From Candidatus Latescibacterota bacterium (GTDB lineage: Bacteria; Latescibacterota; UBA2968; GCA-2709665), in the NCBI GenBank assembly GCA_965237675.1, contig OZ250150.1, positions 1,120,001-1,184,000 on the forward strand: a stretch of DNA of 64,000 nt, given 5' to 3'. Below, in pieces: positions 1 to 10,199 of the stretch; position 1 is the stretch's first letter, and the number at the start of each line of letters is the position of its first letter. The notes under the pieces were generated by a model. That model saw only the letters and a program-made list of their open reading frames with translations. It ran no database searches and was not told where the DNA came from. Both the position numbers and the translations under genes were made by a program.

Positions 1-314
1 ACTCTCAATGGGGTATCCCGATAGCGAAGTCGTTCCCCGCGTGAAACCCACGCCAGCCGCCCGGGGCGCCCCGGAAAGGTGCCGAGATGGCGAGGCGGGT
101 TTCCCTCGGTTTCGACCCAGATTTCGGTAATGGCAGACGAACCGGTTTCCAGCTCGATAGCCCACGCGGTATGGCCATCGCTGGAAGCCGATATCGAGGT
201 TTGACGAACTTCCGCATTGAGATCCGTGAGTGGATAAAATGCGGAAATAGTCGCGGCCAAAAACAGAATCAATGCCCGTTGTTTCACACGCACAGATTCG
301 CCACCTGATGTCAT
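1..314 (-). CDS. 5' part of a hypothetical exported protein (runs off window start)
   Basis: Manual translation from ATG 314: MTSGGESVRVKQRALILFLAATISAFYPLTDLNAEVRQ..., open to position 1, with a signal-peptide-like N-terminus; not in the ORF track because it has no stop. Confidence 0.55.
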   Translation of the reverse strand, partial: MTSGGESVRVKQRALILFLAATISAFYPLTDLNAEVRQTSISASSDGHTAWAIELETGSSAITEIWVETEGNPPRHLGTFPGRPGRLAWVSRGERLRYRDTPLR

Positions 315-917
315 GTCATCAACCTTTTCTGCCTAATAGCGATTGAACGACGGTTGTTGTTCCAGGCCGGGAAGACGTGTCCCCTCGTATTTCGTCGTCT
401 CACCGTACCTCGTTCCGATTCAGCAAGATATGCGATTTTTTACGACAGAGCAAAGGCTTTGCGAATGAACTACCGGGGTTATTTCGAAATTGGCAGCAGG
501 ATGGGAAGACCCAGACCTGCGGGGCGCGCCACCGGACGGCGACCCCTCCCCGGCGCGGGGAGGGGTGGGATGATCCCACGCGAGCAGGAGATGCTTCGTC
601 AGCCTGCCGGCTTCCTCAGCATGACAGCGTGGGCGCACGTATGACTAACGCATTTCTCGAATGATGATGATTGGCCGCCCTGTCATTCTGAGCGCAGTCG
701 AAGAATCTCCCGAAACGCGGACGCTGCGTGCGTTGCGCTTGTCGAAGCGCCCGTGTTTCGGCTTACCCTTCGCCGACCCTTCGACAGGCTCTGGGCGCGA
801 GCTCAGGGAGCGGCTCAGGGTGCAGGCGCCCATCCGTGGATTCAGCCGAGCGATGTACATCTCATCTCTTCCTATCTCCATCAATATCTCCAGGCCAATC
901 CCGAAATCACATCAATT

Positions 918-1028
918 ACAGTCTCTTCATGGGTTTTAATCACAGTCCATCACCACAATCATAGTCAATCACTGTCAATCACAGTCCATCCCGATAATCA
1001 TAGTCAATCATAGTTAATCACAGTCCAG
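918..1028. repeat. low-complexity tandem repeat (AATCA-C/T-AGTC-like units)
   Basis: Repeated aatcacagtcc / aatcatagtc / aatcactgtc units. Confidence 0.6.
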
Positions 1029-1830
1029 GGGTGTAGATCAGAACTTCATCTGTCGATTCCAAATTCTTCAGACCGCCGGAAACCATTATCCGGCCGTCAT
1101 TGAGGAGCGTTATGGTATATAACGATCGGTTCTGACCTATGCCGTGTCCCGTACGTGTGGCAGTACCAGTTGCTGGATCATAAATCGCCACGTCTTTGCC
1201 ACTCAAGAGAAACACTTTGCCCGTGGGCAACAGTAACGCGGTGTGGATGGATGGTAATCCCGTATCACCTGGCGGCATAAACGTGTCTGTTGAGGGGTCA
1301 TACAATTCGGCTGTCAGTACATACTGTACGTTCTCCGGTGTGATGTCGCCCTCTTGCCCTCCAATGATCAACACCCTTCCGTCCTGGAGAAGCATTGTTT
1401 CGTGTCCCCACCGTTCGTCGTTCAATTCGCCAGCTTCGGTAAAGGAATTGGACGAGGGGTCGTAGATTTCAGTTCCTTTGACCAGGCCGTCAGCATTGAA
1501 TCCCCCAGCGATGAGAACGCGGCCATCTCGCAGAAGGGTGGCCGAATGGGCCGATCGGGGAGTGATCATCCTTTTTGCGGGCGTGAATTTCCAGGTATCC
1601 GGATCGAGAATACCCGCGCTGCCCTGCGCATCGGTCGTGAAGATAGCTCCTGTCGAGAGTATGGTGGTCGCCACACCCCTTCTCAACTCGGGCACGTCCG
1701 CCAGCACCGCGAATCTTCCGGCTTGCGGGTCGTAAATCTCCGGTGGATAGAGATCGGTACCTTTGATGAGAACTCTACCATCCTGCAACAGGATTGCTTT
1801 GTGCTGTGTGCGGGGTTGTAAGTCCCAGGA
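1018..1830 (-). pseudogene. Kelch-repeat beta-propeller protein, N-terminally truncated
   Basis: Repeats such as PRSAHSATLLRDGRVLIAGG and RWGHETMLLQDGRVLIIGG; the frame extends upstream (PRTQHKAILLQDGRV) to an in-frame stop with no clear start. Confidence 0.65.
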
Positions 1831-2257
1831 ACAAAGACACGGGGTACGTCAGGCGGGTTCAGTAAATTTGATGTACAACCCCGGATATGCCGGAAAGGAG
1901 GTCATTTTGCATTTTTCGGTACCAATGACCTACCGGCGTGCGTTTGTTTCTTTTTGGGATATTGTTAGGATGGAATAGCGTATCGGTGGGAGGATAGGAT
2001 ACTCCTACAACTGGAGGGAGCCTGGCAATCTCGTCTTGCAACTTCAGGCTATCAAGGAGGCAGATTTCAAGTGCTGAGTCTCGATGTGGCGGATGACTGG
2101 TAGGAGCAATCGAGGGATAGATCTGCGGAACGTGTCAATAAAAATGAGACAACTCTCGTAGGAATTTACTGACGCAACTGATGGCATTCGATGGTGTTCC
2201 CAGGTGGGTGTAATCGCAGGAATTAGATAGTGAGGAAATAATCTATAATTGTATTTT

Positions 2258-2617
2258 TGGTGGAGGCGGCGGGAATCGAACCCGCGTCCGGAAGAAAATC
2301 AACGACAGCGTCTACGTGTGTAGTTTACCTTTTGAATCTCACGCGCGGGCGCCCCGGTAAACGGGGTTGCCAGCGCGCCAGCTCGATTAAATCTCGCTCA
2401 CGGTCCCTCGAGCAGAGGTCCGCGAGCCAGCCCGCATAAGTCGACGCCCCGGGCGGGCCCTGCAGGCAAAGCCCGTCGGAACGGGCCGCGTTTTAGTTAC
2501 GCAGCCATTGCGTACGTATTGTCCGCAATTACATGGGTTTCCCACAGTTTAACGAGGTTATGGGACCTCGACACGCAGCCATCGCCTCTCCACCCCCGTC
2601 GAATCCAGGTCGCCCCC
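2258..2617 (-). ncRNA. ssrA: tmRNA (transfer-messenger RNA)
   Basis: 5' end GGGGGCGACCTGGATTCGACGGGG; 3' end GGACGCGGGTTCGATTCCCGCCGCCTCCACCA; 360 nt; tag frame 2526-2497 encodes (A)ADNTYAMAA*. Confidence 0.97.
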
Positions 2618-3027
2618 ACACAGTAGTGTTCTGTCCGGGAAATAGATTGCCGTAATTCGGCCGCCGAGTCGCCCGGCTGGCAAGGCGCCTGAGCGAGTCG
2701 ACCTGGGCAAGGTCGGCGAGCAAAGGCACTTCGACAAGCTCAGCGCAAGCAACGCAGCCAGACGGGATGAATCGGCGGAAGAATGGTGACATATTTCTGG
2801 AACGGGACACAAAGCCCGGGCCACCTGGTCGCCCGAACCACTCGAAATATAGCCCGGTAGCCCATCGCTGTCAAGCATGGCCGTGCTTTCTGACCCTATA
2901 ACGGGGGCCAGGTCGGTCGGATGTCGACTGAGAGGCCTGATGCCGTGGCGGTTGCTGTGCGTACCTGGACACAGGGCTGCGGCACACGAACGCTCAGCGG
3001 AATTGATCATCGTGGCGTCTCCGGCCA

Positions 3028-3708
3028 TCACCGCGTCGCCTCGTCCGGTTCGTCGATCGGTGGAAAAGGCGACTCTGCCGGCCACCAATTTACGGGCAGC
3101 GGCCAACCCAGCGCCCGGTACACCGTCTCGCAGACCCTCCGATTGCGCTTTGTCATGACGGAAAGGAATCCCAGGCTTAGATACGTCCTTATAGCCGCCA
3201 GTTGGAGGTTTTGGGGCGTCACCCTGAGCGTGGTCAGGGTCGAGGCGGGATAACCGCGCCGGCGTTGATACCGAAGCACCGCGGCGCACACACGAAATGC
3301 GAGTCTGGCGCCCCGGTGTCCGGGACGAACGCACACATAGTCGAGTTGTCCCCACGCCGGATCGACTTCATCCCGCCGGGTGGCGAAGCACAGCGCTGCC
3401 AGCCGTCCCTGGGTCTCAACGACGTACGACCCTTCCAGCCGGTCCGGGGCCTCCAGGTATTCCGTCATCCCAGGGGCGTCAAAAGGGGTCCATCCCACGC
3501 CGGCCGATACCATCAGTTCGGGCAGATGAACCTCGTCGCCCGGTCTCAACGTCCGTAAACGGTAGTCTCGAGGACACGCCCGGACCGGTAGCGTTCCGAT
3601 TGCCCCGGCGGAGATATTCATGCGTATCTGAAGGCAAAAGTCTTCAACACCCATCCGGAGAAACCTTTCAAACGGTGAGACGCAAGACGCAAGAAGTAAG
3701 AAGACCAC
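3028..3708 (-). CDS. GNAT family N-acetyltransferase (true start probably downstream of 3708)
   Basis: LDYVCVRPGHRGARLA motif A and AAIRTYLSLGF motif B. Confidence 0.75.
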   Translation of the reverse strand: MVFLLLASCVSPFERFLRMGVEDFCLQIRMNISAGAIGTLPVRACPRDYRLRTLRPGDEVHLPELMVSAGVGWTPFDAPGMTEYLEAPDRLEGSYVVETQGRLAALCFATRRDEVDPAWGQLDYVCVRPGHRGARLAFRVCAAVLRYQRRRGYPASTLTTLRVTPQNLQLAAIRTYLSLGFLSVMTKRNRRVCETVYRALGWPLPVNWWPAESPFPPIDEPDEATR

Positions 3709-3828
3709 CCAACACCCCGTCGTTTTTCGCCTTTTTCACGTCGTGGCGTGGTGTGGACGGGCGGGCTGAATGCTGATTGCTAATTGCTGTCAGCTTCTTT
3801 CTCACTTCTCACTGTCTTTACTGATCGC

Positions 3829-3852
3829 GGGCGATCCGTGGATCGCCCCTAC
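3829..3852 (-). repeat. GTAG-type REP-like palindrome
   Basis: GGGCGATCCGTGGATCGCCCCTAC. Confidence 0.7.
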
Positions 3853-4088
3853 AGATGCGATGTCGTCGCTTGTGGATTTCGCTGTTTGTTTTAAGCTGAA
3901 CGCTGACAGCTTATTTCTCGCTTCTTGCTGTTTTTGCTGACTGCTGATCCCTGACAGCTTTTTTCCCAAGAGTTGACGGGGGTCGTTGATTCAATTAAAT
4001 TAAGGTGCGGTGGACCGAATGCAAAATGGAAAAGGTCTCGTCAAGGACGATAATACGACTTGCTGGCGGAATCCGAGAAAGGGAAAAA

Positions 4089-5762
4089 ATGACCTTGAAC
4101 AAGTACAGCTCCAGGATAACGCAGGTGAAATCCCAGGGCGCTTCCCAGGCGATGTTGTACGGAACGGGAATGACCGAATCGGATATGGACAAGGCGCAAG
4201 TGGGTATCGCGAGCATGTGGTACGAGGGCAATACCTGCAATATGCACTTGCTGGACCTTGCCGCAAAGGTGAAGCAGGGCGTGGACGCGGCCGGTCTGCT
4301 GGGAATGCGATTCAACACCATTGGCGTCAGCGACGGAATTTCGATGGGAACGGAAGGCATGAGCTATTCTCTTCAGTCGCGGGACCTCATTGCGGATTCC
4401 ATTGAGACGGTGATGGGCGCACAATGGTACGACGCCAACATATCTCTCCCGGGCTGCGATAAGAACATGCCCGGTTGTGTGATGGCCATGGGGCGGTTGA
4501 ACCGGCCGTCTTTGATGATATACGGAGGTACGATCAAGCCGGGTTTCCGTGACCACAAGAAGCTCGACATCGTGTCCGCGTTTCAGAGTTACGGAGAGTA
4601 CCTGGCTGGCAAATTGGACGACGAGGCGTGGAAGGGTGTGGTGCAGCACGCCTGCCCGGGGGCCGGAGCGTGCGGGGGGATGTATACCGCGAATACGATG
4701 GCGTCCGCCATCGAAGCGATGGGTATGTCGCTGCCCTACAGTTCTTCGACGCCCGCTGTCGACAAGGGAAAGCTGGAGGAGTGCTTCAAATCCGGCGCCG
4801 CCATCCGGAACTTGCTCGAGCAAGACATCAAACCGCGGGATATCATGACCCGCGAGGCGTTTGAGAACGCGATGGTCGTGGTGATGGCCTTCGGTGGGTC
4901 GACCAATGCGGTGCTGCACATGGTTGCAATTGCAAAGTCCGTGGGGGTCCCGCTTACCATCGAGGATTTTCAGGCGGTGAGCGACCGGGTGCCGTTGTTG
5001 GCGGACTTCAAGCCGAGCGGGCTCTATGTGATGGAAGATCTGCATAACGTGGGCGGAACGCCGGGTGCGATGAAGGTTCTGCTGGAAAACGGCTTTCTGA
5101 ATGGAGACTGTCTGACGGTAACCGGCAGGACGATTGCCGAGAATCTGGCGGGGTTGCCCGGGCTCGATGAGGGACAGCAGGTGGTTCGGCCGGTTGACCG
5201 GCCGATCAAGGCCACCGGGCATTTACGGATTCTGAGGGGAAACCTGGCGTCCGAAGGCGCGGTCGCCAAGATTACGGGCAAGGAAGGAGTGCGCTTCGCC
5301 GGTCCCGCCATGGTCTTCGACCGGGAGGAGGATGTGCTGGGGGCAGTGGAACGGAACGAGGTAAAGAAGGGATGTGTGGTCGTCATCCGTTACGAAGGGC
5401 CGAAAGGCGGGCCGGGCATGCCCGAGATGCTGACGCCCACGTCGGTGATTATGGGCGCGGGCCTCGGACAGGACGTGGCATTGATTACCGACGGACGTTT
5501 TTCAGGCGGTTCGCACGGGTTCGTCGTGGGGCATATCACGCCAGAAGCGCAGGAGGGCGGGACGATCGCCCTTATCGGAAACGGGGACGTGATTACCATC
5601 GACGCGGAATCCAACGAGATCAACGTGGACCTGAGCGACGAGGAACTGGCGAAACGCCGGGCGGCATGGGCGGCACCGCCGTACAAGGCCACACAGGGGA
5701 CGCTTTACAAATATATCAAGACCGTGACGACGGCTTCCGAGGGATGTGTGACGGACGAGTGA
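4089..5762 (+). CDS. ilvD: dihydroxy-acid dehydratase
   Basis: [11 protein letters not shown] start; [42 protein letters not shown] and GCVTD motifs. Confidence 0.97.
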   Translation: MTLNKYSSRITQVKSQGASQAMLYGTGMTESDMDKAQVGIASMWYEGNTCNMHLLDLAAKVKQGVDAAGLLGMRFNTIGVSDGISMGTEGMSYSLQSRDLIADSIETVMGAQWYDANISLPGCDKNMPGCVMAMGRLNRPSLMIYGGTIKPGFRDHKKLDIVSAFQSYGEYLAGKLDDEAWKGVVQHACPGAGACGGMYTANTMASAIEAMGMSLPYSSSTPAVDKGKLEECFKSGAAIRNLLEQDIKPRDIMTREAFENAMVVVMAFGGSTNAVLHMVAIAKSVGVPLTIEDFQAVSDRVPLLADFKPSGLYVMEDLHNVGGTPGAMKVLLENGFLNGDCLTVTGRTIAENLAGLPGLDEGQQVVRPVDRPIKATGHLRILRGNLASEGAVAKITGKEGVRFAGPAMVFDREEDVLGAVERNEVKKGCVVVIRYEGPKGGPGMPEMLTPTSVIMGAGLGQDVALITDGRFSGGSHGFVVGHITPEAQEGGTIALIGNGDVITIDAESNEINVDLSDEELAKRRAAWAAPPYKATQGTLYKYIKTVTTASEGCVTDE

Positions 5763-5843
5763 ATGAAGGTCCGCTCGTCAGTACATCAGCCGGGGGAGCG
5801 ATTCGGAATTGTATTCAGCACTGAGTCTCGGACATCATCATAT

Positions 5844-5880
5844 AAAAAAAGAGATGCCCGCTGTCAAAGACAGCGGGCGT
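5844..5880 (-). terminator. rho-independent terminator-like hairpin
   Basis: ATGCCCGCTGTC-AAA-GACAGCGGGCGT stem-loop with an A7 run at 5844-5850 (U-tract on the minus strand). Confidence 0.65.
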
Positions 5881-6020
5881 CGGGCCGGAGAATACTATCC
5901 TCCGGGGGGCACATATGCCATAGCACGTGATAGATTTACCACTTACTGGCTAATTGTCAAGAAAAACACCCTTACGGCCATATTCTGCGTTGTCCTAAGA
6001 CGTGGAGAAACTGATTTGTA

Positions 6021-6380
6021 ATGCATCGTGAATTGTCCTCTTTTGATTGGGAAACCTTTTGCCGTCACGTGGAAAATAGAGGAAGGGTAGTATTCAACGT
6101 GTCGTGGAGAAACAGGTGCGCGCTGGAGTTGAAGCTGCCCTGGAGTTTTCTTCTTCTGAACCTGTTTGTTCGCAAGTTTGAATTAATCGTGCTTGCGGTG
6201 TCCGTCTACCTGACTTTCACCGGTGCATGGCTATTCGGCATTGTTGGTCTTCTGGTTTGGTACATCGTCCTTTTCCCATTGAAGAAAAAGAGTGTAGTTA
6301 CTGCTATAACGCTCCACGCCGTGGATGATCGTGAATACTTCAATCTGGCCAGCCAGCTTGGAACTTTTCGGTTGGAATAA
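6021..6380 (+). CDS. hypothetical membrane protein
   Basis: 119-aa ORF with hydrophobic segments; A/T-richer than its neighbours. Confidence 0.55.
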   Translation: MHRELSSFDWETFCRHVENRGRVVFNVSWRNRCALELKLPWSFLLLNLFVRKFELIVLAVSVYLTFTGAWLFGIVGLLVWYIVLFPLKKKSVVTAITLHAVDDREYFNLASQLGTFRLE

Positions 6381-6650
6381 CGAATGATAACCGTAATTCA
6401 CCTGAAACTCGATGCCAGTATGTGCGGGCACGATGCCCGCGTTCCCGGTAAAAAATCGCGCCGCTCACCACCAACCTCGAACGCCAACACCAGGCGTCCC
6501 CTGTTGGCCCGCAACATCACCGGAACAACAGGTCACCCGCTACGCGGGTGGAACTGGATTCTCCGCGCTTTGACGTCAAGAATCATCATTGTACGGAAAA
6601 ACCGGCACCGCACAATGGCTTGCGGCTTAAGATTTTCTCTCACAGCCGCC

Positions 6651-6838
6651 CGGTCTGGGTGGAAGGGGCTTTTCCGCGCTAATCCGTTCAGCATCATCGT
6701 TCAAGAATGCCTGAACACGCCGCAGGGCAACGGTTTACGTTCTTTCCACAGTGGTGGTTTGCGGAAAAGCAGCCCCGCGGCGTCTGAGCGGCGCCCTTCT
6801 TTTTCGCCCTTTTTCTTGGGCGATGCAAGAAAAAGGGC
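6651..6838 (+). repeat. dispersed structured intergenic repeat, copy A
   Basis: GGGGCTTTTCCGCGCTAATCCGTTCAGCA...GCGGAAAAGCAGCCCCGCGGCGTCTGAGCGGCGCC...GCCCTTTTTCTTG/CAAGAAAAAGGGC. Confidence 0.8.
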
Positions 6839-7035
6839 AAGGGAATAGGGGACGTTAGGGGGTGGAGGAGATTGTATCTCAAAGGCGCCGAAACGCGGGC
6901 ACTTCGACAGGCTCAGTGTGCACATTTCGACAAGCTCAACGACCACGCGTCGGCAAACCCAGGGCAGGCAAGGAACCTTGAACGCTGTTTTCCGTCCTTT
7001 GTCATCTACATTAGCGATCCTTGTGATCGCTTTTT

Positions 7036-8526
7036 TTATTCTGGATTGCCGTGGTACCTGGCGGTTTGTACGGCTTGACGCCATCTCTTGAGCAGGGTTC
7101 CGCGTTCTTTTTCGGACATGCGGGGCTCGAACGTGCGTTCGGGAGGGTTGAGGCAGGAAAGCGCGTCGGGTCCCGTCCAGAAGCCAGTCGCAAGGCCGGC
7201 GAGCATGGCGGCGCCCATAGCGGTGGTCTCGGTATGGCGGGGGCGGATAACGGGCGTATTGAGGATATCGGACTGGAACTGCATAAGAAAATCGTTGGCA
7301 GAGGCGCCTCCATCCACGCGCAATACGGAGACCGGACGGCCCGTATCGGCAGCCATGGCATCCACAAGGGCGGCGCTCTGGTAGGCGATGGATTCCAGGG
7401 TGGCGCGCGCGAGGTGGGCGCGGCTTGTACCGCGGTTGATGCCGACAATCGTTCCGCGTGTATCCGGATCCCAGTAGGGCGCGCCGAGGCCCGTGAAAGC
7501 GGGTACCAGGTAGACACCGTCGTTGTCCGGAACGGACTGGGCGAGCGCTTCCGTTTCGGCCGCCTCGGAAATCATGCCGACACCGTCTCGCAACCACTGA
7601 ACGGCCGAGCCTGCGCTGAAAACGGAGCCTTCCAGGGCGTAGGCGGGACCGCCGCGGGAATCGCAAGCCAGCGTGGTGAGCAGGCCGTTCCGCGATGGGA
7701 CGGCGTTGATGCCCGTGTGGAAGAGGGCGAAACAGCCGGTGCCGTAAGTATTCTTGACGTTACCTTCGGTGACACCGCGCTGGCCGAATAGGGCGGCCTG
7801 CTGGTCACCCGCGATACCAGCTATCGGGATGCCACCGGGAAGGGAGCCCGTGGCAGCGGTCCTTCCGAATTCATAGGCGGAAGGGTGGACCTCCGGGAGG
7901 ATGGACCGGGGAATGTTGAATGCGTCCAGCAGATCCGCGTCCCATTCCCTCGCGTGGATATTGAAACACATCGTGCGTGAGGCGTTGGTGAGATCAGTTG
8001 CATGGACCGCGCCGCCGGTAAGTCGGTAGAGGAGGTACGTGTCGATGGTACCGAAGCAGATGTCGCCTTTTTCCGCGCGGTTGCGGAGTCCGGGTACATT
8101 TTCCAGGAGCCAGACGACTTTGGTCGCGGAAAAGTACGGGTCTATGACGAGGCCTGTTTTTTCGCGGACTATTTTTTCGAGCCCCCGGTCCCGGTACCGA
8201 CGGCAGAGCCCGGCGGTGCGGCGGCACTGCCAAACAATGGCGTCGTGGACGGGTTCACCCGTTCGCCGGTCCCAGAGGACGGTCGTTTCTCGCTGGTTGG
8301 TGATCCCGATGCCCGCGAGATCCGCCTGGCGTATACCCGCGTTTCGGACCGCGTCGGCGACGACGGCGCAGGTTGTCCGCCAGATCTCCTCCGCGCTGTG
8401 GGAAACCCACCCGGGTTGCGGATAAATCTGGCTGAATTCCGCATAGGCACGGCCGGCGACTTCGCCTTTGAAGTTGACGATAAGTACGGTCGTGCCGGTC
8501 GTGCCCTGGTCTATGGAAAGAATCAT
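7036..8526 (-). CDS. glpK: glycerol kinase
   Basis: IDQGTTGT, GITNQRETT, DPYFSATK, GDQQAALFG, KNTYGTGCF and PAFTGLGAPYW motifs. Confidence 0.97.
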   Translation of the reverse strand: MILSIDQGTTGTTVLIVNFKGEVAGRAYAEFSQIYPQPGWVSHSAEEIWRTTCAVVADAVRNAGIRQADLAGIGITNQRETTVLWDRRTGEPVHDAIVWQCRRTAGLCRRYRDRGLEKIVREKTGLVIDPYFSATKVVWLLENVPGLRNRAEKGDICFGTIDTYLLYRLTGGAVHATDLTNASRTMCFNIHAREWDADLLDAFNIPRSILPEVHPSAYEFGRTAATGSLPGGIPIAGIAGDQQAALFGQRGVTEGNVKNTYGTGCFALFHTGINAVPSRNGLLTTLACDSRGGPAYALEGSVFSAGSAVQWLRDGVGMISEAAETEALAQSVPDNDGVYLVPAFTGLGAPYWDPDTRGTIVGINRGTSRAHLARATLESIAYQSAALVDAMAADTGRPVSVLRVDGGASANDFLMQFQSDILNTPVIRPRHTETTAMGAAMLAGLATGFWTGPDALSCLNPPERTFEPRMSEKERGTLLKRWRQAVQTARYHGNPE

Positions 8527-8589
8527 ATAGACGCCCTCTGCGGGTCTTGCGATGGTATCCGGAGAAGTCGTTTGCGCGTCACTGCTTCT

Positions 8590-9438
8590 TTACCCGGTTT
8601 GTTCCGGGCAAATTCCCGGCTCAGGTGAACGGCGCATTTCCCATTCTTCAAGCTGGATTTTTCCATCTTCCAATATCGCGTACGTGTGGTTGTGAATCCA
8701 GTCGCCCAGTACGACGAGCTCTCCGCCGCGTTCGGCGGGGCCATCGGATTGATTCCCGGGAAACATATTCGTACCGAATTGGTCGGTCGTTGAACCACCC
8801 ACGCTGGCGTGAAGGGAAAAGTGGTAGTGGCCGTGGATCACGATGTCGGCGCCTTCGGCGATTTTTTCTGCTGCTGCCTCAAGGAGAATGTCCCGGCTAC
8901 TGGAACCCCGGCTCCGGATGCGGAACTCGGAGAGGCGGGAGGTGAACCTGGCGAGGATGGCCCCAAGGTCCGGGTGAAGCAGGCGAAACAGGCCCACGCA
9001 GAACCGGTTTTTCAGGATGCCGCGACTGAGGCGGAATCGCCAATCGGTCCGGATCTCGTCTCCGTGTGCAATGTGGATTTTGAGGCCCTGATGGGTGACC
9101 GTGATCGGACCGCCCGGGAGTTCAACGCCGAGTTGCCCGGAGAAATATTCGCCCGGCCAGAGGTCGTGATTGCCGGGCAGGTAGACCACGCGCACGCCGG
9201 CCTCGACCAGGTTGTAGAGTTCAAATAGGACCCGGGCGCCGCTCGAAGGAATCGTCGTGCGGTATTCGAACCAGAAGTCAAAGAGGTCGCCGACGATATA
9301 GAGCGCCCGGGCGCCGTGGCGGATGGACTTCAGAAAGTCGATCAGGACGTCTTCCCGCTCGCGGGCGCCGGCTCCAATGTCCGGCGCCCCGATATGGACG
9401 TCGGAGATGAAATAGATTCGGTTCAAGTACATCACCAA
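8590..9438 (-). CDS. UDP-2,3-diacylglucosamine diphosphatase-like metallophosphoesterase (LpxH-like)
   Basis: FISDVHIG, VGDLFDFWFE, GNHD, HGD, HGHYH and LGDW motifs. Confidence 0.85.
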   Translation of the reverse strand: MVMYLNRIYFISDVHIGAPDIGAGAREREDVLIDFLKSIRHGARALYIVGDLFDFWFEYRTTIPSSGARVLFELYNLVEAGVRVVYLPGNHDLWPGEYFSGQLGVELPGGPITVTHQGLKIHIAHGDEIRTDWRFRLSRGILKNRFCVGLFRLLHPDLGAILARFTSRLSEFRIRSRGSSSRDILLEAAAEKIAEGADIVIHGHYHFSLHASVGGSTTDQFGTNMFPGNQSDGPAERGGELVVLGDWIHNHTYAILEDGKIQLEEWEMRRSPEPGICPEQTG

Positions 9439-9540
9439 TGTCAGGAAAAACAGCTATCAGCTGTCAGCAAACAGGTGTCAGCCAAAACCGGTTAGCGAAA
9501 TGGACACGCGATGTTAATCAGCGATATCCTCGCAATTATG

Positions 9541-9566
9541 GGGGCAACCACAAGGGTTGCCCCTAC
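9541..9566 (-). repeat. GTAG-type REP-like palindrome
   Basis: GGGGCAACCACAAGGGTTGCCCCTAC; near-identical copies at 20527-20551 and 31900-31924. Confidence 0.75.
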
Positions 9567-9622
9567 AAACTAAAATCCTGCGCGGAATTGCCCGCGGCTT
9601 CGCGGGTCCTCCTCTCGCGCGA

Positions 9623-9809
9623 CCGGTTGTAGGGAGGGGTCTTTTCCGCGCCAATCCGTTCAGCAACGAGGTTTGTGAACGCCCGCGATCCAAGCAGGCC
9701 ACCGACCCAAGTTTATGCCCCTGAGGCGGTTCGCGGAAAAGCAGCCCCGCGGCGTCTGAGCGGCGCCGTTCTTTTTGGCCCTTTCTCTTTGGCGAGAAAG
9801 AAAAAGGGC
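9623..9809 (+). repeat. dispersed structured intergenic repeat, copy B
   Basis: Same conserved 5' (CTTTTCCGCG) and 3' (CGCGGAAAAGCAGCCCC...AAAAAGGGC) blocks as copy A. Confidence 0.8.
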
Positions 9810-10199
9810 GAAGAAATATAAAAAATCAAGAATTTACGAGAAATACATGGACGAGGTCATAGCAAAACCCATCATTCACCTTTCCCCAAATCCCCTTCCT
9901 CCGTAGAGTTCCCCTTAGAATCCACAATTGCAGTCAGCGGTCGCCCATTTCCACGCGACCCGCATTGCGATTCGGAAATAGCTACGGAATGCCCTGAGAA
10001 TAGGGATCACGTTCCCTTTTGCAGAAATAGGCGCCTGGCCACCTTCGCCGACCCTTCGACAAGCTCAGGGAACGGCTCAGGATGACCGGTGTCTTGGTTC
10101 CCACTTCTTGTTTATCACGTCTCGCTTTTTGCGTCTCACGTCTATTTTCTTGCCCTGGTGTGGTGTGGACGGGCTGGCTGGCCGCTGAAGGCTGACAGC

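Noticed and set aside
680-820. TTCGACA(A/G)GCTC-type short repeats (also near 2730, 6903-6940, 10056, 29374, 63520)
   Set aside because: Common short intergenic palindromic repeats with no evidence here of a distinct system
1872-1895. TGTACAACCCCGGATATG as the partner of the IS481-like end at 32068
   Set aside because: Similarity is short, there are no reiterated repeats, and 30 kb of housekeeping genes lie between them
2258-2290. Possible tRNA gene
   Set aside because: It is the tRNA-like 3' domain of tmRNA; the 5' end and tag frame are present
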